Source of the DNA: Tubiluchus corallicola
Taxonomy: Eukaryota > Animalia > Priapulida
Direction of reading: 5' to 3'
Assembly (NCBI GenBank): GCA_030141605.1
Contig: JAQGDQ010000146.1
Span: 69,933-133,932, forward strand
DNA: 64,000 nucleotides
Shown: in pieces, positions 50,164 through 63,790 of the stretch
Layout: each line of letters starts with the position of its first letter
Position numbering within the stretch: position 1 is the stretch's first letter
Program-made: the position numbers and the translations under genes
The notes under the pieces: generated by a model
Seen by the model: the letters and a program-made list of their open reading frames with translations, nothing else
Told to the model about the DNA's origin: nothing
Database searches by the model: none

Positions 50164-51985
50164 ATCTACTATTATATTAATATTCTTGGTATCTTAATAT
50201 ATATATATATAAGATTCGAGGCTACAGCCCGGACGAGGGCACCATTTGAGGCGATCTATATATCAAACGAAAGGTCTCGATCTAGTGTCGTGCCATTGAT
50301 GGTTTATTTTTCGAATCGGGCCCACCGGGAGGAGGGGGAGGCGAAAAACCTCCAAAAATGGCCCTTTTTCGGCCGTTTTTTGCAAAAGTTATACGGCTGA
50401 GATGTAGAGAACGGGAACGGGCCGAGGGGGGTGCTGGGTATGGATAGATAGCTCGTTCAGCGGTGGGTGTAGTAGGCATATTTAGAATTCCCGAGAGGGC
50501 CAGGGCGCCCCGCAACGGGTGTTTTCCCGGACCCAACTCGCGATTTTTTCGAAATTTTTGACCAAACAGCATGCGGGAAAAACGTTCTAGCGGCGCCCGG
50601 TGGGACTCTCGGAAGGAGATATATAGCTCTTTACAAAGAGGAAGGACAGGGCTACACGATGATGTGGGATATATTTTAGGGCAGGTCCACCGAGAGGAGT
50701 ATCAACGAGTTAGTTAGGAGTTCTATTTTCGGCAATTTTCACTTAGAAAACTGCTGACGCAAAGGCATTGTTGTGACGTCATCCATTGTACTCTGTCTAT
50801 AATCTTATAGCTTTAATTCAGCAAAAAGCTGCTACAGGCTTTGCGTTAGTTAAACAAACAGTAGACACGATGTTACGGGCTTTGTGTTATAAATGTGGAC
50901 TAGGTAGGATGTTCGCGTATTATTGATTACACTTGTATTTATACGCAAAATCTTTTGCGGGGCCTTTGCTATTTATTATATTATAGCACATAGTTTCAAA
51001 TTTGTGAAAAATGTTTGGAATGGTTTTGTTGTAATGCTGTGCTGTTGGTGCTTGTGCTATAGGTGTTATCATCGTTGCCACCATCATCATCATCATGTGT
51101 TGTGGTGCGGTGTGGTGTTATGGTGTGGTGCAGTGCGGTGTGATGTGGTATGGTGTGGTGCAGTGTGGTGTGATGTGGTGGAGTCGTATGGTGTGGTTGG
51201 TGTGGTGTGGTATGTGGGTCGTGCGGTGTGCTGCAGTGGTATGTTGTGGTACGGTGTGGTGTGATGTGGTGGAGTGGTATGGTGTGGGTGGTGTGGTGTG
51301 CAGGTGGGTGAGTGGTGTGGTGCAGTGTGGTGTTATGGTGTGGTGCTGTGCGGTGTGATGTGGTGGAGTATTATGGTGTGGGTGGTGTGGTGTGGTGTGT
51401 GGGTGGTGCGGTGCAGTGGTATGGTGTGGTGCAGTGTGGTGTGATGTGGTGGAGTCGTATGGTGTGGGTGGTGTAGTGTGGTGTGTGGGTGGTGCGGTGT
51501 GCTGCAGCGGTATGGTGTGGTGCGGTGTGGTGTGTAGGTTGGTGGGTGGTGTGGTGCAGTGTGGTGTTATGGTGTGGTGTGGTGCTGTGCGGTGTGGTGC
51601 AGTGTGGTGTTATGGTGTGGTGCTGTGCGGTGTGATGTGGTGGAGTATTATGGTGTGGGTGGTGTGGTGTGGTGTGTGGGTGGTGCAGTGGTATGGTGTG
51701 GTGCAGTGTGGTGTGATGTGGTGGAGTGGTATGGTGTGGGTGGTGTGGTGTGTAGGTGGTATGGTGGTATGGTGTGGTGCGGTGTGGTGGTATTGTGTGG
51801 TGCAGTGTGGTGCGACGAGGTGGAGTGGTATGGTGTGGTGCAGTGTGGTGTTATGGTGTGGTGCTGTGCGGTGTGATGTGGTGGAGTGGTATGGTGTGGT
51901 GCAGTGTGGTGTGATGAGGTGGAGTGGTGTGGTGTGGGTTTTGTGTTGATTTGTGCACAAAATTCTTTTTGTGGGGTTTGGCTAG
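50164..51985 (+). mobile_element. Possible non-autonomous Helitron-like element carrying a (GGTGT)n tract
   Basis: Starts a|TC plus a TA-rich leader and ends CTAG|t at 51982-51986. Segment 50245-50330 recurs inverted at 3265-3350; 50970-51120 has a diverged inverted relative at 48450-48590. Boundaries uncertain. Confidence 0.4.
51095..51940. repeat. Degenerate (GGTGT)n pentanucleotide satellite
   Basis: Direct inspection; explains the W/C/G/V-rich ORFs. Confidence 0.93.
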
Positions 51986-52268
51986 TTAAGGTTATTAATT
52001 TTGATTTTAGAGTCAATCGAAATTCGTCAATGAATTTTATTTACCTTATTTGTTAAGATCCGTTGAGTTGTGTTTGCAACCATCCAACTCTTCAAGTCTA
52101 GTTTTGTTTAGCTTTCTGTGGTTAAATAAATTTGTCTCTGCAGTTTAAACTAGGATAGAAACTTTAGGTTAAGTTAGGTGGTAGGTCTCTATGATTTGAG
52201 CGCGGCCAGCTGGCTAATACAGCTTTCTTGTTGATTCTGATTTGTTCAGTCTTGTTTTTTAGATTACT

Positions 52269-53192
52269 CAGCTTCCGCATCTACCGGCATGGTTTACGCA
52301 TCAATGGGCACGGCTTACGCATCTATGGGCACGGCTTACGCATCTACGGGCACGGCTTACGCATCTACGGGCACGGCTTACGCATCTACGGGCACGGCTT
52401 ACGCATCTACGGGCACGGCTTACGCATCTATGGGCACGGCTTCCGCATCTACTAGCGCGGCTTCTGCAACTATGAGCGAAGCTTCTACGGGCGCGGGTTC
52501 CACACAGATGAGCAAGGCTTCTACATTCCACAACTACGGGTGCGGTTTCCGCACAGACGAGCAAGGATTCTACATTCCACAACTACGGGCGCGGGTTCCG
52601 CACAGACGAGCCAGGCTCCTACATTCCACAACTACGGGTGCGGCTTCCGCACAGACGAGCAAGGCTTATACATTACACAACTACGGGTGCGGCTTCCGCA
52701 CAGACGAGCAAGGCTTATACATTACACAACTACGGGTGCGGCTTCCGCACAGACGAGCAAGGCTTCTACATTCCACAACTACGGGCGCGGCTTCCGCACA
52801 GACGAGCAAGGCTTATACATTACACAACTACGGGTGCGGCTTCCGCACAGGCGAGCAAGGCTTCTACATTACACAACTACGGGCGCGGCTACCGCACAGA
52901 CGAGCAAGGCTTCTACATTACACAACTACGGGTGCGGCTTCCGCACAGACGAGCAAGGCTTCTACATTCCACAACTACGGGTGCGGTTTCCGCACAGATG
53001 AGCAAGGCTTCTACGTTCCACAACTACGGGTGCGGTTTCCGCACAGACGAGCAAGGCTTCTACATTCCACAACTACGGGCGCGGCTTCCGCACAGACGAG
53101 CAAGGCTTCTACATTCCACAACTACGGGCGCGGCTTCCGCATAGACGAGCAAGGCTTATACATTCCACAACTACGGGCGCGGTTTCCGCATC
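52269..53192. repeat. GC-rich compound minisatellite: 21-bp units, then ~14 49-bp units
   Basis: 21-mer gggcacggcttacgcatctac (52269-52452); 49-mer gcggcttccgcacagacgagcaaggcttctacattccacaactacgggy (52484-53190). Confidence 0.93.
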
Positions 53193-53273
53193 TACCAGCG
53201 CGAACCGACTGTGTTCTCCTGACCATTTGGCCAAACTATCAACAATAATTCAACTTAGCTTTAGTATACTTAC

Positions 53274-53354
53274 AATGACGAATATCTAAGGCTTCCGGAA
53301 TCTCAAAATCACCTTCATCAAAATCTACATTTGCAGGAATCCGTTCTGGCATAC
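53274..53354 (-). CDS. Collagen acidic pro-region exon (GMPERIPANVDFDEGDFEIPEALDIRH)
   Basis: 81 bp, AG/GTAAGT, phase 1-1, open. Confidence 0.7.
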
Positions 53355-53650
53355 CTGTGTGTCAAGTTCAGAATACAAATTTCGAAATTTGCGCTTTCAT
53401 CCTTATCAAAGTGTTACGTTTTCATTAATAAGAACTCTTAAGTAAAAAAACAAATACGTAGACTGCAAATATTTTTGCCATAATGCCTGGGACTCTAAAA
53501 TTACTAAAAAAAATATTACCTTTTTTGCCCCTTAAACGCAGCTCAGACTTTCAGAATAAAAAAAACATAAAAGCATTTCAAATTACCTTCAAGCTTTACA
53601 TAAACCCAAGAAAATGCTCTTCGTACATATATTCTACTTTAAATACTCAC

Positions 53651-53935
53651 CACTACTATTAGCTCTCATCAGTAGTAAAGGGCCTTCTTCCTCTAATAGT
53701 TCATTAAGGATCGTGAATATGATTTGCCTCATTTTTTCGGAGATATGCGGGTCTGCCTCTATAGGCGCAGAATCTTCGTTATTTTGTAAATCAGTTTGTG
53801 TAAAATCAGACGCTTCGCTCTGTGACAAATCTCTTTCATATTGCGTCACAGATGGAAATGCTTCGTTTTGCGTCACGAATGAGGCCGTTCCGCTCCGCAT
53901 TGATCCTGAGCTCTCCTCCGCTAATTCTGCATGGC
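53651..53935 (-). CDS. Collagen acidic pro-region exon (95 codons)
   Basis: 285 bp, acceptor tttattcag and donor GTGAGT, phase 1-1, open; S/E/D-rich with an amphipathic helix KMRQIIFTILNELLEEE. Confidence 0.7.
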
Positions 53936-54517
53936 CTGAATAAAAATAAACAGCGACTTCACTCTGTGACTTGAAACAAAGTATTATTTTTAAACATTAT
54001 AATTAAATAAGCGCGAATTTATCAGTCTCATTCATCACACTTATAATAATTTTATATAAGAATTACTAGTGGTTGATTAATTATAGAAGCTGCAGAAAAA
54101 CTGTGACTAGCAGGGCGTCTGAAGTGGAAATTTTCCCGGATGCCAGTTCAGCTACTAGACCAACTTGGTAGAGTTGGCTTGAATTCTCATTTTATTACTA
54201 CACAATCAGTCAGAATCAACTAGCAAGTTAACTTTTCGAGACATACAGATACATTTGGACTGAAATATATGTGCAGACCTGTCTAAGCTCACATACTTGC
54301 AGCGACTTGTCCAGGCAAGAGGAAATCCATTTACAACTGAACAAAAATTTGCAGATTTCGTTCCAGACACCTTTGGACAAAACCAAAGCCGCACACGCAC
54401 AGACATGCAGCCCATTAAGACTTTCACATAACACCTAGCCTAAATGCTCCTAATAGACATTTTCAGCCCGTCTTGCACACATAAATTAGTACAGATATAC
54501 ATAGACTCCATTAGATT

Positions 54518-54856
54518 AGCACGGACACTTACATACGTAGTCAGACCAGGTCAAACATGTGCACGTGCAATCAATTTAGCATAAACACCTGTACATGCAA
54601 TCACATCAGCACAGACACATACATACGTAGTCAGACCAGGTCAAACATGTGCACATGCAATCAATTTAGCATAAACACCTGTATATGCAATCAGATCAGC
54701 ACAGACACATACATACGTAGTCAGACCAGGTCAAACATGTGCACATGCAATCAATTTAGCATAAACATGTGTACATGCAATCAGATCAGCACAGACACAT
54801 ACATACGTAGTCAGACCAGGTCAAACATGTGCACATGCAATCAATTCAGCATAAAC
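54518..54856. repeat. 90-bp tandem repeat (~3.7 copies) built from 30-bp subunits
   Basis: acatacgtagtcagaccaggtcaaacatgtgcac recurs at 54531, 54621, 54711 and 54801. Confidence 0.9.
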
Positions 54857-56229
54857 GTACTCAACTCTGCACAGACACGTGCAGATGGACTCAGATCACC
54901 AACTCGTTCGGAAGGAACACAACTAAATGTGCATTTGCATCCTGACATACACAAGCAAGTAACGTCTTATTGGGTTAATTAAGCCCCCGTGTTTTCGGTT
55001 CTTCATTTGACACTATTTACCAGAATAGCCTTGTATAAAGTGCAGTCTTTTATGTAGTACTCGTCATACCAGATAGGTGGCGTTACTAACCATAGTTATC
55101 TGCGATAGTAGCAAGTAAGGTAACTGTTCGTAAATTACACCTTTCGACGAGACTGTAGCTAGCCACAACTGTAGCCTGTAGGCACCAAGAACTTAACCGA
55201 AATGACCCCCCTCCCCAACCGCCAAGATCAAATGTCGTACGTCCGTATAAAATTGGACAGCCAGGCCAAATACTGAGCACAAAACGTTTGAATGTTAGAC
55301 TATTGCCGTTAATTTGCAAAAAATGCGGGAAAGATTAAGTTTAATGCACGAATAGCTTAAGCTGACCACGTCTACACAATGATGAACCCTACGCAAGAGT
55401 ATAGGTTATGTACGATTCTACTAACTTTCGTCAGGTACCGATGCAGACGAGCATAATAAAGCGATTCGAATCAAACTTGCTAACACGTGAAGGTGCTTCA
55501 TCATTGACGTAATAGAAAACTCCTGTACATTTACACCTGTAAACAAAAACATAAATGCGTATGAAATATGCTACTGACTTTACACGAAAGCAGGCAGGTA
55601 GAATCTGGCCACTAACCCATTAACTAAAATCAAAGGCGGTGTTCGTCCACTACTAGGTAACTGTCGCGGCGACTGCCAATACTGCTGAGCTGTTGCATTG
55701 GGGTTCCACTTGCCAGTAAACCAGCCACACGGCCTGCTGGAGCGTCATTAACATTTGCGTTGAAGGTCGCCCCGTTCTCTTACTTCTCAAATTGAGTCTA
55801 ACCCGCCGATGTCGCGAAAGTTACGTATAAATGTGATTTTGACGCAATCTGAAAACGAGCAAATAGAATTTGAGCACATTAGAGGCATAACCTGTTCGGA
55901 AAATTCCTTCAAAATATCAATGGTATGCCCGTTTTGCAGTAAGTTTTGAGGGAGGTTTAACAAGCAACATTCTTCTTGACGCTTGTTCGACCTCTTCGCT
56001 GTGTCATATTCTGGCAAAGTTTCACGATTTGGTTGACAGGCGTCGCCACCAGTACGCTGGGTGAGCAACGGCATTATGTACCAAGGGGTGAGAGAGTCGT
56101 GCAGTAGTAAGTTGCTCGTTTTCAGCGCTACAATAGATAGCAAGCCGCGTTTAGCCCCGCCCAACTTGATGACGTAACGCACACTCTCACCAACTCCATC
56201 GCTGTAAGTGCTTACAGCATGTAAATAAA

Positions 56230-56550
56230 TGGAAAATATGGAAAAATTTGGTACTAGTAAGTTTGGTACAGGTAAATTTCGTCTTAGTAAATTTGGCACG
56301 AGGAAATTTCGGTACCGGGAAAATTTTCTGCTGGGAATTTGTAGTACAGCAAAATTTTACCACTAGGAAAATTGGGTACAGGGAAAATGTGGTACTGGGA
56401 AGATTTAATACAGTACTGGCAAAGGTTGGCAAGCATCTTTGTTACAAGTAGGTCTGGTGCATGGCAAAATGGTACGGAACGTTTTTTGATAGGAAAGTTT
56501 AGTACTGGAAAAATTTAGCTGGTACTAGGAAAATATGGAACAAGGAAAGT
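56230..56550. repeat. Degenerate ~20-bp tandem repeats (GGTACnnGGAAAATTT), probably a transposon subterminal array
   Basis: Recurrent ggtac...aaattt motif. Confidence 0.6.
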
Positions 56551-58719
56551 ATCTTTTGTAAAATCTACAAAATGATCGCACGTTCAGAATCATATTAGAC
56601 ATTATGAATGATCAGTCTTAAAGACTTATATAAGCAATAAGGCAACATAAGTTAATTACTCCAGACAAAACAGTGAATAACAATTAAGAGGCCTGCCAAA
56701 TACTATTTTCAATCTTAATAAAGATTAATGCAATAGTAGCATTTAGCAATCTCTTGCAACAGCATAACAGCTTTAATTAAAAGAAATATGAAACTAATTA
56801 CCTTGAGACCGACAGCGTTTTTATTAATTTGACGACTCAGCTCATGCTATCTACCTAGCTGAGAGAGATTTTTTCATGTGGCAGATTTGTTTGTTTTTGG
56901 CTTGGAGAAACTGATGAATCTGACTGTCTCGAGTCTTCCAAGCACTATACGTCTACAGAAGTATCATTCAAGCACGATGTTTCACCACTGTTATGTCTCT
57001 GTACTACTGCTAAACAAATTTTAGTTGTAGAAATCTCGTATGGCTGGAGCATATAAAAATAATAATACAAATAATAATACCCATTTCACCTTAACTCTCG
57101 CAGTATATTTCAATGCAATTTCTGCCTGTTTGGGAGCCGCTTTCGTTGCGCAACTCAGATAAAGGAGGCGGCAATGCAAAGAGAGAGCTAATTGGCTGTC
57201 ACTAGGGGGACCCCCGTTGGTTGACTGACGTTTTGGGAAACTCATTTGTGATGCCCGATCTAGTGTCCAAGCTTGACTTTTTATTTTGAATGCCTGTGCA
57301 AGCCAAACAAACACTGTTTTATTTTACAATTATTATTTTTATTAATTAGATTGATTTCTAAATGTTAGCTAGTGATCTCAGCCCCATATAAGAGTTGTAA
57401 GTCTTTTGTGTGTGTTCCACATGGCATGTTAGCACATTAGAAGTTTTCCAACATTTCGTGATGTTCTTACACGGAACACCTATCTAAATATTATATATCA
57501 GTAACGACAGTACACGTTAGGGAAATAATAAAGGACCCATAACACGTGCTTTAGGAAAATCCGTGTTCGGCTCAACACATCTTTAATTTGATGGTTAATA
57601 AAAATCAATTTCTTTTGTGATGTGCACTTTCCCTTACCTGCTGGAAAGACTTATGCAACTAGAAATAATAATCTAAAATGTTGGTGCCAATTGGTAAAAT
57701 GTCGGCAGTTACTGAAACGCGCCTTTGTATTTAAAGGACAAGAAAAGGGGTACCTGAAGTAGGTTTCAGAAAAATCGCCTTAAAATTATATTACTTTACA
57801 GCTATTTTATGCATATATCGTATTCGTGTTGAAAGGAATTTTCGTCTGTTTTCATTTTAAATCTCCCGCAATACTGTTCCGACGGCGCCATTACATGACG
57901 TCACTACGCCACGTAAATCAGGGGAAGAAAAGGCAATGTTAAATTATGACCCAAAAACTTTCCGTGCAAATCTATGTTACTTAGTATTTCACTTACCTGC
58001 TGGAAAGACTTATGTAACTAGACTAATCATTTAAAATGTTTGTGCTGACTCACCCTCCAGGATGCGCCACTCACTAATCAAAAACATATTTTTAATCTTA
58101 CTGACAAAATGCAGTAATTTAAATTTTACTTAGTTAGTAACAGGTATGCTACGCATGCTCAGATTATTTTTTCAAACTTTACGTAATGTTATCTAAACTT
58201 GTTTCAAACGACCTATCATTAAAATGGCTGCCCCTTACGGTAATCGCAGGAGTTTAAATTTACAAGTTTTATACAGCGTTACTGCTGACGCGAGCCGTGT
58301 GTGCTAAAAGGCAGTGTGTAAGTGGTATAAAATGTTAAGTCGAATTTTTTAAGCTTTATGTAAGTGGAGGGTTTTTTTGTGCTCAATCACTTTCACTGCA
58401 AACTAGACAAAGGAGAATTCATTACCGACATCACTAAAACACAGCAGCTCTGTATCAAGTCCAAATTAAAAAAACATTTAATGACTCGTTTTGAATATCC
58501 GACATACGAACACGAAGATACTTACTCAAATCATAATTTCATTTTTCCTGACCTTACTAAACTAGTTTATATTTTATTTTTGAATTTCTAGTTGCACTTG
58601 TAGTTTAGCTTGCACCAGATGCATTTGCCCAGAACAGTGTATGTTTTTATAAGAACTAACACTGATTGTCTGTCTTTTATTATAATGGTCAATGTTTTTA
58701 AAATGGCAAATAAAGATTT

Positions 58720-59123
<404 letters not shown>

Positions 59124-59939
59124 ATTTTCTCACTTCTTTCATGGGGTATTCGGTTCCAGTGCTCAACAGTTTTTGCCCTTAGTTTCTCTCTCTACTTCAA
59201 ACGACTCCGTACTCAAGCCTGGCCATCGTACTTTCTCTGCGAATTCAAGATGCCGTAATTCATACGATTAAGTTCCATTTTTTCTTGATAACTAATATCT
59301 AGTCACTAAATAAGTCAAACCTAGACTGACCTTATTATTGCTCTATTGTAAAGCACTTGTAAAATCTTCGTCCACAATCCAGCAACATTTCACACGTTTT
59401 ATCGCTGATAAAGCAGGTTTACCGCCTATAACCTTGAGAAAGCACTAAATTAAATCGTTCTTACGCACGGAAGCACTTTTGCACATTAATTTACTTACAA
59501 ATTCTATTCTGGCATTTCTCGTTTAAGAACTAAATTAAGTGTAAACGGTTAGGCCTATCAGGGTAGAACGACAATTACACTGCTGGAATGTGAGACGAAA
59601 CTTCATTTAAATTTGTTTCAAATTGACACCCAGGCTGTCCAAAAACTTGCTTTCCGGGGAAAAGAAACAGTTTTTTTACTTAAAGCAAGAATTTATAAGT
59701 CTCATGAATATTGATAGTACATTTAATTTTCTAAATAAATTGTGAAAATATTGTTCTTATCAGGTGATATATTAATGTCGGTCAAAAAGAATACAATAAG
59801 AGAACCTGAACTTTCATTGTTGCAACAACATCATTTTGCATGCCTACAACGTCAAAAGCTGATAGTTTTTATTGTTGAAAGCAGATTTTGATCTGACAGC
59901 TGATAGAAAAGACATTTCCGCAATTTGTGTACAAATTTA

Positions 59940-61014
59940 AAAGCATTATCATAATGATAATTGCAGAGGGTTTACATGAACACGTGTAAAAGAACTGAAA
60001 TTTCTGGGATTAATACTGAATGAGCATCTAGACTGGCGACCACATATATTCATGATCAGATTAAAAATATCAAAAAATATAGGTATCATCTCATATATTA
60101 AAAACTTTCTGAACACCGAACATCTTCTAACATTATACAACAGTTTAATATTATCATATTTAAATTACTGCACAACATTATGGGGCTTTACTTATACTAC
60201 AAATTTAGAATGCTTAAGAGTTTTACAACGAAAATTTTTACGTGTCATCTTCAAACTAGACAAAAGGAGCACAATTACTACTACACATTTTAAGCAATGT
60301 CAAATATTACTTCTGGATGATGTTATTAATTTTAATGGATGTATATACATGTATAGAACCAACAACAACTTATTTCCAACTTTTTTTGAAAATCCAGTCA
60401 AGCTAAATGTAAAAAAATACAATACCAGATATAATGAATATACCAAGACGTTGTAGAACAAATATGGCGAAACACTTCATCAGCTATATGGGGCCAGTCC
60501 TATGGAACAGACTAAGCCGCAATTCGAAATGTAGTCACTCCCTTTTAACTTTTAAAAAAACCGTCAGAAAAGAAATATTTCAAAAGTATTGAAGAGTAAC
60601 ACAATTTGATAATGGTAATAACCTGCATTTTTTGCTACAGTAATCTTAATATAACGTGACTATGTTTAACAGGATACTGAACACTTTGTAACCATGATCA
60701 CAGTTTTTCTTAGTTTCTCGCTCCATTTCATCTTTCATTCACTACTCCCCCCCATTTTTTTTTAAGATTTCCACATACAGTTTGGCCTGTCAAGCTATGC
60801 TTTTCGGCTCAAACTGTATGCATCAAAAAATTATTCTGTAATGAAATTTGCACATGTATATCCCGCATTATGAAATTTCTTAATAATATTGCATTTATTC
60901 ATATTTATATTTATATTTACTCAAATGGAAAATTATCTGTATTTTAATGCTAATTGTAATGATGCAATGTGGAAAATGAATAAAACTCTTGAAACTCTTG
61001 AAACTCTTGAAACA
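59940..61014 (+). mobile_element. L2-like LINE 3' fragment with (AAACTCTTG)3 tail
   Basis: KFLGLILNEHLDW...LYNSLILSYLNYCTTLWG...LQRKFLRVI; 3' UTR shared with 18770-19270; AATAAA plus tandem tail. Confidence 0.85.
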
Positions 61015-61632
61015 CCTTCACAGCCGTAGGCGCTATACCAGATGTATTTCAGCGACCACTATTTTATCATTTCCTAGCTTTTCCATTAACCCACCTGTGT
61101 TATGTACTGGACACAAAATTATTGCTTTCTAGATTTGATATCATTTTTGGTACAAGTGCGTTTCAAAAGTTGTGATCTGGTATGAGCTGTTGTGTCTCTA
61201 TCTGTTGCAGTTCTTGAAATCGTACCACTTATGCACATATTAACTTTGAGTCTAATGCGCGCAATGATTTTTAGAAATATTTTTGATGCACCAAATTAAA
61301 ACTCATTTTGCAAAATCGTAATTTGTGGTGCACGATGTTCAACAAGAGGTTTCACGGGCTTAACTCGACTTATTTGTAAAATACATGTATATTGCTAGTT
61401 GCGAATTTCATAAAGATTGAAGATCCGAATCGATCTCTGGCCATACAGTACGTTTGTTGCGATTAGTAGATATTTTAAAACCGAACATGCTGTATTCTCA
61501 GGAAACATGCAGGTATTTCATGCTTGCTTGACCATAATTTAAATTCGAAAACCTAGTTCACTTCTTGAGTTGGGCATTCGTGATTTTTTGTGTCGATCAT
61601 CCTTCTAGACATTAAAATCATTTAACGCTACA

Positions 61633-61993
61633 TAGTAATAGTAGCAATAGCAGTAATAGTAATAGTAATAGTAATAGTAATAGTAATAGTAATAGTAATA
61701 GTAATAGTAATAGTAATAGTAATAGTAATAGTAATAGTAATAGTAATAGTAATAGTAATAGTAATAGTAATAGTAATAGTAATAGTAATAGTAATAGTAA
61801 TAGTAATAGTAATAATAATAACAATAGCAATAGCAATAGCAATAGCAATAGCAATAGCAATAGCAATAGCAATAGCAATAGCAATAGCAATAGCAATAGC
61901 AATAGCAATAGCAATAGCAATAGCAATAGCAATAGCAACAGTAATAGCAATAGTAACAGTAGTAGCAATAGTAACAGTAGTAGCAATAGTAAC

Positions 61994-62073
<80 letters not shown>

Positions 62074-62150
62074 CAGTAGTAGTAGTGGTAGTAGTGGTAG
62101 TAGTGGTAGTAGTGGTAGTAGTAGTAGTAGTAGTAGTGGTAGTAGTAGTG

Positions 62151-62227
<77 letters not shown>

Positions 62228-62503
62228 TGTTGTAGTAGTTGTAGTAGTAGTGGTAGTGGTAGTGGTAGTGGTAGTGGTAGCGGCAGCGGTAGCGGCAGCG
62301 GTAGCGGCAGCGGTAGCGGCAGCGGCAGCGGCAGCGGCAGCGGCAGCGGTAGCGGTAGCAGTAGCAGTAGCAGTAGCAGTAGCAGTAGCAGTAGCAGTAG
62401 CAGTAGCAGTAGCAGTAGCAGTAGCAGTAGCAGTAGCAGTAGCAGTAATAGTAATAGTAATAGTAATAGTAATAGTAATAGTAATAGTAATAGTAATAGT
62501 AAT
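61633..62503. repeat. Compound tri/hexanucleotide microsatellite (AGTAAT, AGCAAT, AGT, AGTGGT, AGCGGC, AGCAGT, AGTAAT)
   Basis: Direct inspection. Confidence 0.97.
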
Positions 62504-62849
62504 GATAAATTTATTTAAGCATCATAAACTTAATACAGCAGTTAAGATGTTTTGCCTATTATACAAATAAATATGCGCAGAGGTGATGAAATGCCTATGC
62601 ACAGACCAGCAAAGTGTGGAGTTAACCCTTTTATACGGAAGTAGTATATCTTGGATATATTCTCGTGTCGTGAAATGATGAGCCGTCAAAAGTTAAATAC
62701 GTTCCTAATTGGCTATGCAATGCACGTAGCTATAATGTATAAACTATTCTAAGGTCACAGAACTAGTTTAGCGACCGTAATCGTAGTTGATTTATTTAGA
62801 GGTTCATGTATAACCAGAGGAAACAGAGCAACTTGTCTTCACAAACAAA

Positions 62850-63790
62850 AACAAAAATCCCTAGTAATGTTATAGTTAAAGTGCCAGCAAACAAAGTAAA
62901 AGGCACTAAGTTCTTAGGAATCACTACAGATGAACACTTAACTTGACAGAAATATTTGAAATTTATGAAAAGTAGGCTAAAATCTCCAAAACCTTAGGTA
63001 TTATGTACAGCGTTAGATACATATTGCCTAAATCAGTACTCATACTATTATGTAATTCTCTTTTTACCATACCTTAATAACTCGAATATAGTTTGGGATA
63101 GCACATATACTAGTGACTGAAAAAAATTCAGGTAATTCGGAAAAATAGTGAAGGTTACAGGGACCACGTGACCAATATTTAGCACCCTAAATTTTGTAAA
63201 CATTTATGACATTAACAAGTTAGAAACCGCGATTTTCATGTATAAGTTCACTCTTAAGCTATTGCCACTCTTATTTATTGATTATTTTTGTTTGAATGCT
63301 GAAATACACGCTATAGACTTTTACTATCACTATATAAAGTGCAAAACAAACGCAGGCGTAAGACAATTTTCAATCAAGTATAATGGCCCTTACATATAGA
63401 ATTCAGTTGGTCCTGCTATAAAGAAATTCCAACTCACTGCCCAGCTTTAGAAAATTATACAAATCACACTTATTTCAGTTATTTGACGCAAATAACTGCT
63501 CACTCCATGACTTTTTTGTTTTCCATTTTCAACAACTGGCACTCTTGGGTAATAATAATTCGAGTCTGTACAGTAATGCCTGTACAGGGCACACTTCTAT
63601 AAGATCTAATCAAGTGCTGCCTCTTCCAGAATTGCTTAGTAAATGTGTTAAAACATTTATCATTTCTTTTTACCGTGTATCAGTTTATATTGTAATTATA
63701 AAATATTACTAACACCTATTATAACTCTTTCTAACCGTCAGTCGCAGGTTACTAGTGAATATTTTCACTACTGATAATAAACGTATTACT
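62850..63790 (+). mobile_element. Decayed L2/CR1-group LINE 3' fragment
   Basis: TKFLGITTDEHLT...SKTLGIMY..RYILP...SIKYNGP; several stops. Confidence 0.7.

Noticed and set aside
50923-52016. W/C/G/V-rich and H/T/P-rich ORFs
   Set aside because: Translations of the (GGTGT)n satellite.
52484-53190. CRISPR-like array with palindromic repeats
   Set aside because: Whole units are near-identical with no unique spacers, there are no cas genes, and the context is eukaryotic.
54557-54982. Cys-rich repeat protein (MCTCNQFSIN)
   Set aside because: Arises from a 90-bp tandem repeat; no signal peptide or splice support.
55600-56299. GC-richer minus-strand ORF of 170 aa
   Set aside because: Starts in a repeat array and has no recognisable domain; cannot be supported without a search.
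56800-57090. Signal-peptide exon for the minus-strand collagen
   Set aside because: The hydrophobic start (MGIIICIIIF...) hits a stop before a suitable phase-1 donor.
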